A DNA stretch of 64,000 nucleotides from a virus (IMGVR_UViG_3300028797_006177:1-64000); one strand, 5' to 3'; positions 29,030-38,924 are shown, counted from the first letter of the stretch. The notes: generated from the letters alone by a model not told the origin. Numbers and translations: made by a program.

Positions 29030-29032
29030 TCT

Positions 29033-29566
29033 ATGGCAGAATTAATCAATCTAACCCCGAAATGGGAGTACATGAGCGAGTCGCCCGTCTCGATGGACAG
29101 AATGAACGAACTCGGAGCCGAAGGGTGGGAAATGATATGGTACAACGCATTCTTTGACCAAAAGGAATGCGCAATGAAGACAATAGCCATCTTCAAGCGA
29201 GTGAGGTATGAGCAGCTGGAAACCATCGAACCGCCGAAAGAGCCGAAGCCGGAACTTGATGCCCGTGCGGCTGAACTGATAGCCAAGGACGGTGACAAGC
29301 GTCTGAGTGACCTCGGCTTTCCAAACCGCATAATGAATGCGCTGGCAGATGTTGGAATCCGCGAACTAAACGACCTGCTGCGTATCAGCCGCAAGTCGCT
29401 TTTGAAGCCGAAGGGAATGGGACTCAAGAGCATCAAGTTCATAGACGAATACTATAAGGGCTTCGGCTTCCACTACGGCGAAGAGGAACTTTTGCCAGAC
29501 CCAAGCAGAAGACTGTATAACGGATTTATGGCCTATAAGCTACCGCCGAGCAAAGATAATCCGTGA
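29033..29566 (+). CDS. Protein with an RNA polymerase alpha-CTD-like domain
   Basis: LSDLGFPNRIMNALADVGIRELNDLL..LLKPKGMGLKSI; N-terminal WEY..MNELGAEGWEM (DUF4177-like). Confidence 0.7.
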   Translation: MAELINLTPKWEYMSESPVSMDRMNELGAEGWEMIWYNAFFDQKECAMKTIAIFKRVRYEQLETIEPPKEPKPELDARAAELIAKDGDKRLSDLGFPNRIMNALADVGIRELNDLLRISRKSLLKPKGMGLKSIKFIDEYYKGFGFHYGEEELLPDPSRRLYNGFMAYKLPPSKDNP

Positions 29567-29661
29567 AATCCGTGAAATTCGTGCAATCCGTGGTCGAAAA
29601 GAAATCCCCTCAATCCCCACAATCCGTGTTCAACAAAACCTCAAAAAAAACAAAGGCGACA

Positions 29662-31190
29662 ATGACTGACTACTCAATTCCGATGATTATCGGCACGGCA
29701 CTGGCCTTCATGCTTGGCGCAGCATTCGGTGCGCTGTGGGGGCTGAGCCGGCACGAATGGCTCTACTGCCGCGTGACGGCACGCCTCGCAAGAATCCGTC
29801 GTATGAGCGATGGGGCGAGTTCTATAACAACGAGATAAAGTATAAACCAGAAAAGAAAGACTGACTATGGCAACAATCCGAGACATGGCCTTCGACTACT
29901 CCATGCAGAGAGGTCACGGCAAGAAGGCTTACGAGAATTTTTACGCTGGTGCAAAGGCCGTCATCCAGGAGATTCAGCAAGCATACAATATTGCAGGAAT
30001 CGACACGGCGGTTGACCGCATCAATAGTTTTATCGAAGAATTAAAGCAGTAACGGGTTATGACAGACAAAGAAATAATCAGAGCGAAAATAGCAGGTGAA
30101 ATAGAAAAGCTGCAAGAGAAGCTGCACTTTGCAGATGCAGAGTCTGATGCCGCACGGAATATAGTACGGGCAATAAAGACGCTTGAACCTATTCTCGCCT
30201 TCATCGACTCCTTGCACAAGGCTCCGTGTGTACGCTATTGGGAGGGATGGGGCTGCGACATCAGTCCGGCGAAGAGGTGCGACGGCTGCGCCCAGTATGT
30301 GCCGAGAACGGAACAAGAAAATAAAAAGGAGGACTAAGCTATGAAGAAAAGTCTCGGAGAGATAATGAGCGACCCTCGGATATGGGAAATGCCGGAGGAA
30401 GAGAAGCAGCGCGGACGCCAGCGAATCATGGAGATTGCAAAGCGTGAGATGGAGTCGGGTATGCTGACCTACAAGGACGAAGAGCCTGTAATGGTTCATG
30501 CGCCAAGAGTGGAGATGATGCCGTCGCCACGTCGCGGAATCGTCGGATGGTTCAAAGACAGGCTATTCGGTGTTCCGAAGAAGCCGCAGGCCGTGATGGT
30601 TCTCGACAGACATTCACAGGAGTTGCTGAAGGAGTATATGAAGAACCCGGAACCGCTCAACAATGCAGTGGCGGCGTGCGCTGTGTCGGCTGAGGACATC
30701 AAAGAGGCGACCGACCGCATAATCACCCTTGCCCGTGGTCACCATATCCGCAATGCCGACGGCACCATCACCGACGTAAGCGACAATCCGAAGTATAAAT
30801 GTAAAAAGTAAGCGTATGCCCACAAAGATTCCCGTCAATGGCTTCGGAAGGCTCGGCAAGCTGTCGCTGATGGCTACGGCGTGGCCCTACCTGCTGGAAG
30901 GTCAGCGCAGGATGCTGACGCAGAGCATGAAAGAGCAGGAACAGCGCGAGTTGGACGAAATAGACCGTCGGCACGGCTTAGACCGCGAGGCGCAGACCTA
31001 CGCTCTTATTCGCAAGCCAGATAACTCCTACGTGTTCCATCCACCCGAGTCTGCCGTCACCGATGCCGTGGTTGACACGTCGGACTTGCCCAATGCGAGG
31101 TATCACGACCGCACGTTCCCCAAGGACTATGCCAAGAAGAAAAAGGCGAAGCGTCGGATGCAGAAACAATCGCGGAAGAAGAAACGATAG
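29662..31190 (+). other. Run of five small hypothetical ORFs (29662-29838, 29867-30052, 30059-30337, 30341-30811, 30816-31190)
   Basis: Tight packing; junction motifs at 29857 and 30328. Confidence 0.6.
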
Positions 31191-31207
31191 ACGGCTGCCC
31201 CGCCGCT

Positions 31208-31290
31208 TGTCCCATTCCTGTCAGCCGAAAGTATTACCTTCGTAGCGGCAAACAATGTCCGACCAGATGCGCAAGGTTTTCGTAACTTAG
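31208..31290 (+). promoter_or_regulatory. Two tandem variant promoters (TGTCCC-N21-TACCTTCG; TGTCCG-N21-TAACTTAG)
   Basis: Same spacing as the other copies of the motif. Confidence 0.45.
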
Positions 31291-31324
31291 CGGTCGGAAA
31301 ACGGAAAAGGCCGGAAAAGGAGTT

Positions 31325-31402
31325 GATAGGCATTCTTCACAGAGAAGATAGGCATTCTTCACAGAGAAGATAGGCATTCTTCACAGAGAAGATAGGCATT
31401 CT
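31325..31402 (+). repeat. 22-bp tandem repeat GATAGGCATTCTTCACAGAGAA, three copies plus a partial
   Basis: Exact units at 31325, 31347 and 31369; partial unit at 31391. Confidence 0.95.
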
Positions 31403-31443
31403 CTCCAGGGGGGGGTGCCTGGCTGACAGGCAAAAAAGACAGG

Positions 31444-32385
31444 GAAACAGCTAACGAGGTGAAAGCCCTCACTATTGTTTAACCACTTTAACAACTGACA
31501 AATTTAAAAAAATGGCAGACGTAAAGTAAGGCGATATGATTGAACTTGACCGCATATACAACGAGGACTGCCTGCAGGGCATGAAGCGCATCGACACAGC
31601 GTCGGTGGACTGCATTGTGACTGACCCTCCCTACGAATTGGAGAATCAGGGCGGCGGCTTTTGGTCGAAGAACGAAGACCCGACTGTGAACCACTACAAT
31701 GCCCGTGGCACTCGCAAAGGTATGGATAAGCTGGGCGATATCAAGAACGGCATCACGGACGAGGTGCTCGACGAGATGTGCCGTGTGATGAAGAAGATCA
31801 ATATCTACATCTTTTGCAGTCAGAAGCAAATCCAGCAGTACCTCGACTACTTTGTCACTCGCAAGGGTTGCAACTGGAACCTGCTGGCGTGGCACAAGAC
31901 GAATCCGATACCAGCGTGCGGTAACAAGTATCTCAACGATACAGAGTTCATTCTGTTCTTCCGTGAGAAGGGCGTTAAGGTGTTCGGCTCGTATGAAAGC
32001 AAGCGCACCTTCTACGTCACCCTTCGCAACCAAGAGGACAATGTTAAGTACGGCCATCCGACGGTCAAGCCGCTCGGCATCGTGCAGAACTTTGTCGTAA
32101 ACTCTACGGAGCCAGACGCAATCGTCCTCGACCCCTTCATGGGCAGTGGCACGACCGCCATCGCCTGCATCAAGGAGCATCGGCACTTCGTCGGCTTCGA
32201 GCTGAACAAGGAATACTTCGATCGAGCCGTGAAGCGCATCAACGACGAGCGGCGGCAGTTGTCCCTCTTCTGAATCGACATCCCCTATCTTTGCACTGAA
32301 GAAACAGCTAACGAGGTGAAAGCCCTCACTATTGTATAACCACTTTAACAACTGACAAATTAAGAAAAATGGCAGACGTAAAGTA
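31444..32385 (+). repeat. 85-bp direct repeat flanking the second methyltransferase
   Basis: 31444-31528 versus 32301-32385, three mismatches; includes the ATGGCAGACGTAAAGTA start of the HU gene. Confidence 0.9.
31536..32273 (+). CDS. Orphan DNA methyltransferase (N6-A/N4-C, beta class), copy 2
   Basis: DPPY, HPTVKP, DPFMGSGTT, C-terminal QLSLF. Confidence 0.92.
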   Translation: MIELDRIYNEDCLQGMKRIDTASVDCIVTDPPYELENQGGGFWSKNEDPTVNHYNARGTRKGMDKLGDIKNGITDEVLDEMCRVMKKINIYIFCSQKQIQQYLDYFVTRKGCNWNLLAWHKTNPIPACGNKYLNDTEFILFFREKGVKVFGSYESKRTFYVTLRNQEDNVKYGHPTVKPLGIVQNFVVNSTEPDAIVLDPFMGSGTTAIACIKEHRHFVGFELNKEYFDRAVKRINDERRQLSLF

Positions 32386-32905
32386 CAGGGTTCGCGAGTT
32401 CACCCCTAAAGCCGGACAGGCAGGCTCGCACAGCTTCTTTGCAGAGGCAGTGACCGACAACGTAATCACCAACAGGGAACTGGCCAAGAAGGTAGAGGCA
32501 CGCGGCATCAGCCGGGCCTACGAAATCAAGGCCGTCCTCGAAGCCGTCAGCGAGATCATCCTCGAAGAGACGCAGGAGAACAACCGCGTGCAGCTGGAGA
32601 ATGCCGACGGCACCGCACTGGTGAGCATCTATCCCAAGGCCAGCGGCTCCGTGACCGACGAGCAGGTGGCACGCGACACCGACGGCCAGCGCACCGTGGC
32701 AACAGCCGACGACCTGACTGCCGACCGCATCCAGTGGAGCCTTGGCGCAACGGTGGGCATCAAGTTCAGCAAGCAGTTTGCACTCCAGAAGACCGCCCGC
32801 CGCGTGGACTACAATGCTGCCCAGACTCCTGCCGACCCCGACACCGACACCGGCAACCCTGGCGAGGGCGACGGCAACGGCGGCTCCGGGGATTTTGAGG
32901 GCTAA
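32369..32905 (+). CDS. HU-related DNA-binding protein (copy 2)
   Basis: Clear paralogue of 3049-3591; upstream TATCTTTG at 32286. Confidence 0.75.
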   Translation: MADVKYRVREFTPKAGQAGSHSFFAEAVTDNVITNRELAKKVEARGISRAYEIKAVLEAVSEIILEETQENNRVQLENADGTALVSIYPKASGSVTDEQVARDTDGQRTVATADDLTADRIQWSLGATVGIKFSKQFALQKTARRVDYNAAQTPADPDTDTGNPGEGDGNGGSGDFEG

Positions 32906-32964
32906 GCCCGAAAGACGGCGACCGCTCGGCATCCCGCAAGGGTGACGCTTGCTACCGAACCGAT

Positions 32965-33230
32965 GGAGCAGCGAGAGCCATGTGAGCTTGCTCAGACATG
33001 GCCGAGTCGCGACAGAGGTGGGTGATAACCAACGGGACGCAAGAACGGCTCCGGGGACCTGGAAGGCTAAAGTTAAGCGAGAGCAGAGCCACAAGCGACG
33101 GAGCAGCGAGAGCCGAATGATGCTCGCATCAATTAGGCCGAGTCGCGACGGAGTTCGCCCGAAAGGGCAAATCGCTTGATGGCTATGCCGAGCGTAGTCA
33201 GGCTCGACGCGGAAGCGTCAAGGCTAAGCC
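32965..33230. repeat. REP-like palindromic repeat cluster
   Basis: GGAGCAGCGAGAGCC at 32965 and 33100; GGCCGAGTCGCGAC at 33000 and 33136; variable hairpins between them. Confidence 0.65.
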
Positions 33231-33311
33231 CTATCTTTCACTTCCCCCGCTCCGACATCGTGAGCAGGGCGGGGGAAGTTACGAACGAACAATATTTTAA
33301 TTATAGGCGAT

Positions 33312-33707
33312 ATGACAGACGGAAAGAACGCATTAGAAGAACTTGTTAAAATTATGAAGGACAATGGCAAGAACATGGGCGACATCAAGTGTGCCGTGGT
33401 CTCGCTGAGGTTCGACTATACCGACGAATACAACATGAACATATTCCTCGGCAAGAACATGTATCGTAAACCCGATGAAAAAGCAAAGTACCTCGTTCTA
33501 AAGGAAGGCTACACACAGGACTTGCTTAACGATTTCATAATGGAGCTTGACGATGAGTATTGGGACGGTTTCGGCGGTCAGGAGCTGTACGGCTATGTGA
33601 TGTTCAACGATGATTCTTGGCTGGAGCGTCACGAATACGACGGCTCGGAATGGTGGGAATACAAGAAGTTCTTTATTCCAGAACAGTGCAAACGAATAAC
33701 CGATTAG
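33312..33707 (+). CDS. Hypothetical phage protein
   Basis: YWDGFGGQELYG..WLERHEYDGSEWW, a conserved phage family. Confidence 0.75.
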   Translation: MTDGKNALEELVKIMKDNGKNMGDIKCAVVSLRFDYTDEYNMNIFLGKNMYRKPDEKAKYLVLKEGYTQDLLNDFIMELDDEYWDGFGGQELYGYVMFNDDSWLERHEYDGSEWWEYKKFFIPEQCKRITD

Positions 33708-33818
33708 GCGCAACTAACCATTTTATAATCTGTAAATATCTAAATTGTACATAAATCGTAAATAATAAATGAGAGATAGTAAATAGTAAATGGTAAATCA
33801 TTAAATGGTAAATGAAAG

Positions 33819-35033
33819 ATGAAAAGTAAAGTAACTATTGATGCGAGCCAGTGGAAAAAGGCGCTCGCTATGCTCAGCCCCGTGGTGGGAACAAAGAACG
33901 CTCTGCCCATTCTGGCGGACGTGGTGCTTCGGTTCGATTCCAAGCGCGACATCTTCACGCTGACGTGCTCGGACAGCGAGACTTGGATGACTATAGATTG
34001 CGCCGACAAGGAGGGGCAGCCGTGGATTCACCTGATCGAGGACGACCTGACCGACAAGTTCCAGGAGGTAGCCATCCAGTTGGCTCCGCTGAAGGAGGCC
34101 GTGAGCCTGCTGCCCAGCGCACAGCTCCTGGAGGTGAGCTTCAAGGACACAACGATGAAGGTGAACTACGGCATCGGAGAATTTGAGATGTCTTGCGAGC
34201 CAGCCGATACCTTCCCGCAGCCGCTGCCCGTTGCCGCACAGGGCGAGGACGGTGCCTTGTGCAGCTTCACGATGGGTGCAGAAAAACTCCTGCCAATGAT
34301 GTCTGCCGCCGTAGAAAGTACCGCCGACGACGAGTTGCGCATGGTGATGAACGGCGTCTGTCTGGATGTCTATTACGACAAGGTGATTGTCGTGGCTACC
34401 AACGGACACGAACTCTTCAAGGACATCATCGACACCGGCGTAGGCAGCGGCTGGCTGGAGTACGGCTCATTCCCCGCATCAGGCTCCGCGAAACTGATCA
34501 TCGCGAAGAAGACAAGGAAGGCACTGGCTTCGGCTGTGACCAGCGGCCCGCTCACCGTGACGGCAGACCGCCAGCGCGTAGAGTTCACCGCAGAGGGCGT
34601 GCGCATCATGGCTCGTATGATAGAGGGAAACTATCCCAACTACGAGTCCGTCATCCCCAAGGACAGCCAGTACCGCGTGACGGTATGCCGCGACTCGCTG
34701 CGCCTGGCACTATGCCGCCTCCGCCTGTTCGCCGACGAGGGCGTGCAGTTGGCCGAGATACGCCGCGTCGGACATGAGTTCGTCATCAGGTCGGCAAGCG
34801 CAGAAAACGCCCGCAGCGGTTCGGAGCGCATCGCCATCATCGAGGGCGACACCTTCCTGCCAGAGGACTTTTCGATTGGCTTCAAGATAAGCATCGCCAT
34901 CTCCATATTGGACCGCATCACGTCGGAGAACGTGGTGCTCATCCTGTCAGAGCCCAACCGCCCCGTGCTCTACAAGCAGGACGATATGCACAGCAGCCGG
35001 CTGATTTTGCAAATGCCTATGCGGGTAGATTGA
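33819..35033 (+). CDS. dnaN: DNA polymerase III beta sliding clamp (phage-encoded)
   Basis: KNALPILADV, DELRMVMNGV, VATNGHEL, IEGNYPNYESVIP, LQMPMR. Confidence 0.9.
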   Translation: MKSKVTIDASQWKKALAMLSPVVGTKNALPILADVVLRFDSKRDIFTLTCSDSETWMTIDCADKEGQPWIHLIEDDLTDKFQEVAIQLAPLKEAVSLLPSAQLLEVSFKDTTMKVNYGIGEFEMSCEPADTFPQPLPVAAQGEDGALCSFTMGAEKLLPMMSAAVESTADDELRMVMNGVCLDVYYDKVIVVATNGHELFKDIIDTGVGSGWLEYGSFPASGSAKLIIAKKTRKALASAVTSGPLTVTADRQRVEFTAEGVRIMARMIEGNYPNYESVIPKDSQYRVTVCRDSLRLALCRLRLFADEGVQLAEIRRVGHEFVIRSASAENARSGSERIAIIEGDTFLPEDFSIGFKISIAISILDRITSENVVLILSEPNRPVLYKQDDMHSSRLILQMPMRVD

Positions 35034-35065
35034 CTAATAACCAATAACCGATAACCTATAACCGA

Positions 35066-35103
35066 AAATGTCCGTCCGATTGGGCGGACATTTTGTTATT
35101 TTG
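35066..35103 (+). terminator. Bidirectional terminator hairpin overlapping a TGTCCG promoter
   Basis: AAAATGTCCG...CGGACATTTT; TGTCCG at 35069 with a TTATTTTG variant box at 35096. Confidence 0.6.
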
Positions 35104-35128
35104 CGGTTGAAATAACGTAATAACGCCC

Positions 35129-36019
35129 ATGTTAGAACAGCAGCGCCACATCGACCTGCACTTGCCTACAAGCTGGAACACCTGCACCACCGAAGAGTTG
35201 GAGCACATCGCCGCAGCTATCGTTGCGGCACAGCTTCGCGTGGACAGATATCATCCCTTCGACTGGTCGAAGGTGAAGTTGCAGATTGTCCTTGCCATAA
35301 ACGGATTCACTGTGGAAAATGAAGAATTTGCTGCAAGCGAGGACACTTATATGGTCAAGCGTGAGCAGGACAAGGAAGCCTGGCCCGTTACCATCGGTCA
35401 GCTTCACGCTCTCTGCGAACGGATAGACTGGATTGATGACAAAAAGGCATCGAAGATAATCTTCCGATTCCCGTACCCTGAATTGTCATTAAACATTGAC
35501 CATTCACCATTGACCATTGTCGGGCCGCCGCCACTATTGGATGGCTACACATGGCGGGAGTACCGCTGGCTGACGGACTGGATGCAGGAGTACATGCGCC
35601 TTGGCAATGCCAAGCGCGACGCAAGCCGTGCCATGCAGGAGTTCCTTGCCATCCTGTTCAAGCCGAAGGAGGAAAGCGGTGCGGCAGCACATTCAATGTT
35701 CAATGTTCATTGGTCAATGTTCAATGGCTTCAGCCCGATAAAGTGGCAGGTCATCCTCTTCTGGTGGTCCTCGCTCATGGAGCAGCTTGAAAAGAAGTTT
35801 CCAAGGGTGTTCAAGAAGCAGCCGGTAGGCAAGGGCAATAAGCAGAAGCGGGACACGCCCTGGGACTTCTACAACCGCGTTACCGCCACCGTGCAGAAGT
35901 ACATCGGCGGTCTGTCGGCAACAGATGTCGATTCTCAGCCCTACAGCGTCACCCTGCAACAACTCGAAATGATGGCGGATGAAGCCGCCGAGATGGAAAA
36001 GATAAAGCACAAGAAATAA
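35129..36019 (+). CDS. Hypothetical protein, first gene of the structural block
   Basis: Position only; carries in-frame heptamer repeat insertions. Confidence 0.7.
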   Translation: MLEQQRHIDLHLPTSWNTCTTEELEHIAAAIVAAQLRVDRYHPFDWSKVKLQIVLAINGFTVENEEFAASEDTYMVKREQDKEAWPVTIGQLHALCERIDWIDDKKASKIIFRFPYPELSLNIDHSPLTIVGPPPLLDGYTWREYRWLTDWMQEYMRLGNAKRDASRAMQEFLAILFKPKEESGAAAHSMFNVHWSMFNGFSPIKWQVILFWWSSLMEQLEKKFPRVFKKQPVGKGNKQKRDTPWDFYNRVTATVQKYIGGLSATDVDSQPYSVTLQQLEMMADEAAEMEKIKHKK

Positions 36020-36049
36020 TTCTTAACTCTTAATTCTTAACTCTCAAAG

Positions 36050-38803
36050 ATGCACAGCCACTTAGACATACAAATCAACGGGCAGTCGCTCGTGCTGCCA
36101 GACGACTTCTCGCTGTCCGTGAGCGAGAAGAACCCGATGTTCAACGACGTGTCGTTCTTCTCCTATCCCGCCAACATCCCCACGAAGGGCAACCTTGCCG
36201 TGCTGAAGAACATCGCCCACCGCGACAGCAACATGCGGGCTATGGACCTCGAACATGCCGATGCCCGCATCTATGCCGACGGATTGCCGCTGAACCATGG
36301 GCAGGTCATCACGCAGGACGGCTCGGAAATCAAGGACACCTTCGAGTTCAACATCGACGCAATGCAACAGTCGTTCTCCGAACTGATTGGCAACCTCGAT
36401 TGCCAGGATGTGAAAGTGAAAGATGATTTACTGATAGGTAAGCAGATAGGAAGAATCAATGGAACGTATAGCTGCACGGTGCAAGACTATGTTCAATGCT
36501 ATCACCAAGAATCAGGTCAGCTGTTGGCAGAAGGTATAGTAGGCTCTCCGCAACTTACTCCATATATATCAGTTAACCCTCCAACGCTTCAGCAGGTAAC
36601 GGACAGCGGCGATATACTGATAGAGGCTCCGCAGGCACTTGGCTTCTCCTTGCCGATGAATATCAATGTGTCTTTGCCGTACCCAGATGCTGCATATTGC
36701 AATGCTCGTGTCTGCTATGCACATCCGGATATCAAAGACGGCAAGACGGATGGCATTGTGAAGGGCAGCTATTCCGTGGTTGACGAAAAGGGCATTTCCG
36801 GCCATGACTTTGGGCAATACTGGTGCCTCGACGCCAATCGTCCGCAGTCTGGCATTTGCTTCTATGTCCTCTACTTCCTGGACTGCCTGTTTGCGCAGCT
36901 TGGCGTGATTTTCAACAAAGATGAACTCCTGCAGATAGAAGATTTCAAACGGCTGTGCTTCTTCACCACAAAATGCAGTTTCGACCTTGTTGAGACAGAC
37001 GAGCATCTCCTGACGATAGACCAGATAAACGAATGGCTCACCGACAATGATTGCGGAGCACAGATGGATATAGTGATTAAATCCGGCGACAGGGAGATTA
37101 AGCCAAATCCAAGTGACGGCCAGTTTACCATAAGCGAGAACTATGAAACAGAGATGAACCATATAGTTGAACAGCAAATAGGCAGCACTATTCAACGATA
37201 TTACGTTTCCAACTGGTTCTACAGGCAATTATTCGGGAGTGTTGTGGCAAACGCCTATATCAACGAAATGTATGCCAACTCCGGCAATTTCCCCAATGCT
37301 TCTGTCAGCAGCGTCATCTCTTCGCTGGAGAACTCCTTTGGCATCCGCTTTCTGTATGACCCAGAAAAGCGGCTCGTTACTGCCTGTCTGTTGCGCAACA
37401 TCTACAAGAGAAAGAATGCACTGAACTTTCAGGGAAAGGTCTTGTCGATGCTGCCCATCAACGAGAAAATCACAGGCGTCCGCATGGCCTTCAGCGCAGA
37501 GAGCGAGAGAAAGGAGCAAAGGAACAATCTCCGCGACGGCGTGAAGGACTATGATACAGAGTACGACTACATTGAATACCCGGAGAATCGCACGATTATA
37601 GGTCTGAATTACGAAGAGATAGCAAAGCCCCAGAATGTTTCCGCCACCAATATGAACGTTTATGTGGATTTGGCAACGGGCAACAGTTACAGAGTGAAGA
37701 TAGATTCCGCCGCAGAAGACTCCCTGTCATTACGGCCTGTTCTATTCCAAGTTGCGCAGAACAAGGGCATAGAGTACGGCGACTGCTCGGAGAGGCACAA
37801 GGACTACGTGAAGGAACTGACGAGCGACTTCCGGCCACTTTCGGTCAATATCGTCAATCCATTGGAATATACCGAGGACACAACAGGCGACGTATCTCCT
37901 GTGCTTGCGCCTTTCATCGATGTTGATATGGAGCATGAGTATCTGGAGGCGAAGATTCAGCAGATAATCTTCCAGGACATGCACGTGAAGTCTATCGGTC
38001 ATAGGCAAAGAAGCCGTTCAAGCAAGTACCACCCTTGGCCTGAAGGCATAGAAATGGTATTGAATCAATCCCTTACTCTTGCAGAGAGTTACGACCCGAC
38101 GCAGACAGATAGCGGAAACTCTCCATTGCAGGAAATTGATTGGGGACTTACCATCGGCGTCATGCGCGGCGCAGGCAGTGACTCAGAACTCATAGAATAC
38201 GACCGCGATTACGACAACTTCGACAATAGCCGCTGGAAGGACACGATAGCCATCTATGAACTGACCAGCGACACAATGGACGTGAAGGGTGCCATTTTTG
38301 ACTACAACGGCAGAGGCTCCGACTCCAGCGAGGGTTCCGACTCCAGCGAGGGCGAGGACAATGGCGATGGCGGTGGCGAGCGATTCTCTCTGCAAATCCG
38401 TTCGTGGGCGCCGTTTGTCTATTACACCGAACCCCTGACAGGCAAGCTGCACATCAACAAGGACGTGTCGCTGGCAGGTCAGGCCGTAGAGGGCGTCAGT
38501 GGAAAGACATGGCTCATCCCGTGCAACGACGACGAGCGCGACCAGCAGGGCAACATCATCCACAAAATCCGCTCGCGTGGATTGTTCGACACTTTCATGT
38601 TACCACATGCAAAGTTCCTGCTTGGCCGAAAGAAGTACAAGGTGAAAGTCCTCGCCACCATTGCGCAACTGCTTGAGATCCGCAACCACTGGACCGATTT
38701 CTACGTGCTGGACGGAAAGGTCGGACTCATCAACTGTGTGGACTATGAGATATCAAAGTCCAACGGCGTACAGTCTGCAGATATAGAGTTCTACTCCTAT
38801 TGA
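36050..38803 (+). CDS. Putative tail/baseplate protein
   Basis: 917 aa; N-terminal L.LPDDFSLS..KNPMF..FSYP typical of Bacteroidales tail proteins. Confidence 0.65.
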   Translation: MHSHLDIQINGQSLVLPDDFSLSVSEKNPMFNDVSFFSYPANIPTKGNLAVLKNIAHRDSNMRAMDLEHADARIYADGLPLNHGQVITQDGSEIKDTFEFNIDAMQQSFSELIGNLDCQDVKVKDDLLIGKQIGRINGTYSCTVQDYVQCYHQESGQLLAEGIVGSPQLTPYISVNPPTLQQVTDSGDILIEAPQALGFSLPMNINVSLPYPDAAYCNARVCYAHPDIKDGKTDGIVKGSYSVVDEKGISGHDFGQYWCLDANRPQSGICFYVLYFLDCLFAQLGVIFNKDELLQIEDFKRLCFFTTKCSFDLVETDEHLLTIDQINEWLTDNDCGAQMDIVIKSGDREIKPNPSDGQFTISENYETEMNHIVEQQIGSTIQRYYVSNWFYRQLFGSVVANAYINEMYANSGNFPNASVSSVISSLENSFGIRFLYDPEKRLVTACLLRNIYKRKNALNFQGKVLSMLPINEKITGVRMAFSAESERKEQRNNLRDGVKDYDTEYDYIEYPENRTIIGLNYEEIAKPQNVSATNMNVYVDLATGNSYRVKIDSAAEDSLSLRPVLFQVAQNKGIEYGDCSERHKDYVKELTSDFRPLSVNIVNPLEYTEDTTGDVSPVLAPFIDVDMEHEYLEAKIQQIIFQDMHVKSIGHRQRSRSSKYHPWPEGIEMVLNQSLTLAESYDPTQTDSGNSPLQEIDWGLTIGVMRGAGSDSELIEYDRDYDNFDNSRWKDTIAIYELTSDTMDVKGAIFDYNGRGSDSSEGSDSSEGEDNGDGGGERFSLQIRSWAPFVYYTEPLTGKLHINKDVSLAGQAVEGVSGKTWLIPCNDDERDQQGNIIHKIRSRGLFDTFMLPHAKFLLGRKKYKVKVLATIAQLLEIRNHWTDFYVLDGKVGLINCVDYEISKSNGVQSADIEFYSY

Positions 38804-38870
38804 CCATTCTTTGATGCTTTAGCACAAAGGCGCGATTGTAGTCGCGGAAGACCATTGAACATTGTTCCTA

Positions 38871-38904
38871 TGTCCGTCCGTTAATTCTGTATTTTCTAAC
38901 TTTG
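38871..38904 (+). promoter_or_regulatory. Promoter TGTCCG-N20-TAACTTTG
   Basis: Recurring motif, 20 nt before the 38925 ATG. Confidence 0.6.
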
Positions 38905-38924
38905 CTCTCGAAAAAAGCAACGTA

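Noticed and set aside
31325-31402. Possible CRISPR array
   Set aside because: Head-to-tail tandem units with no spacers
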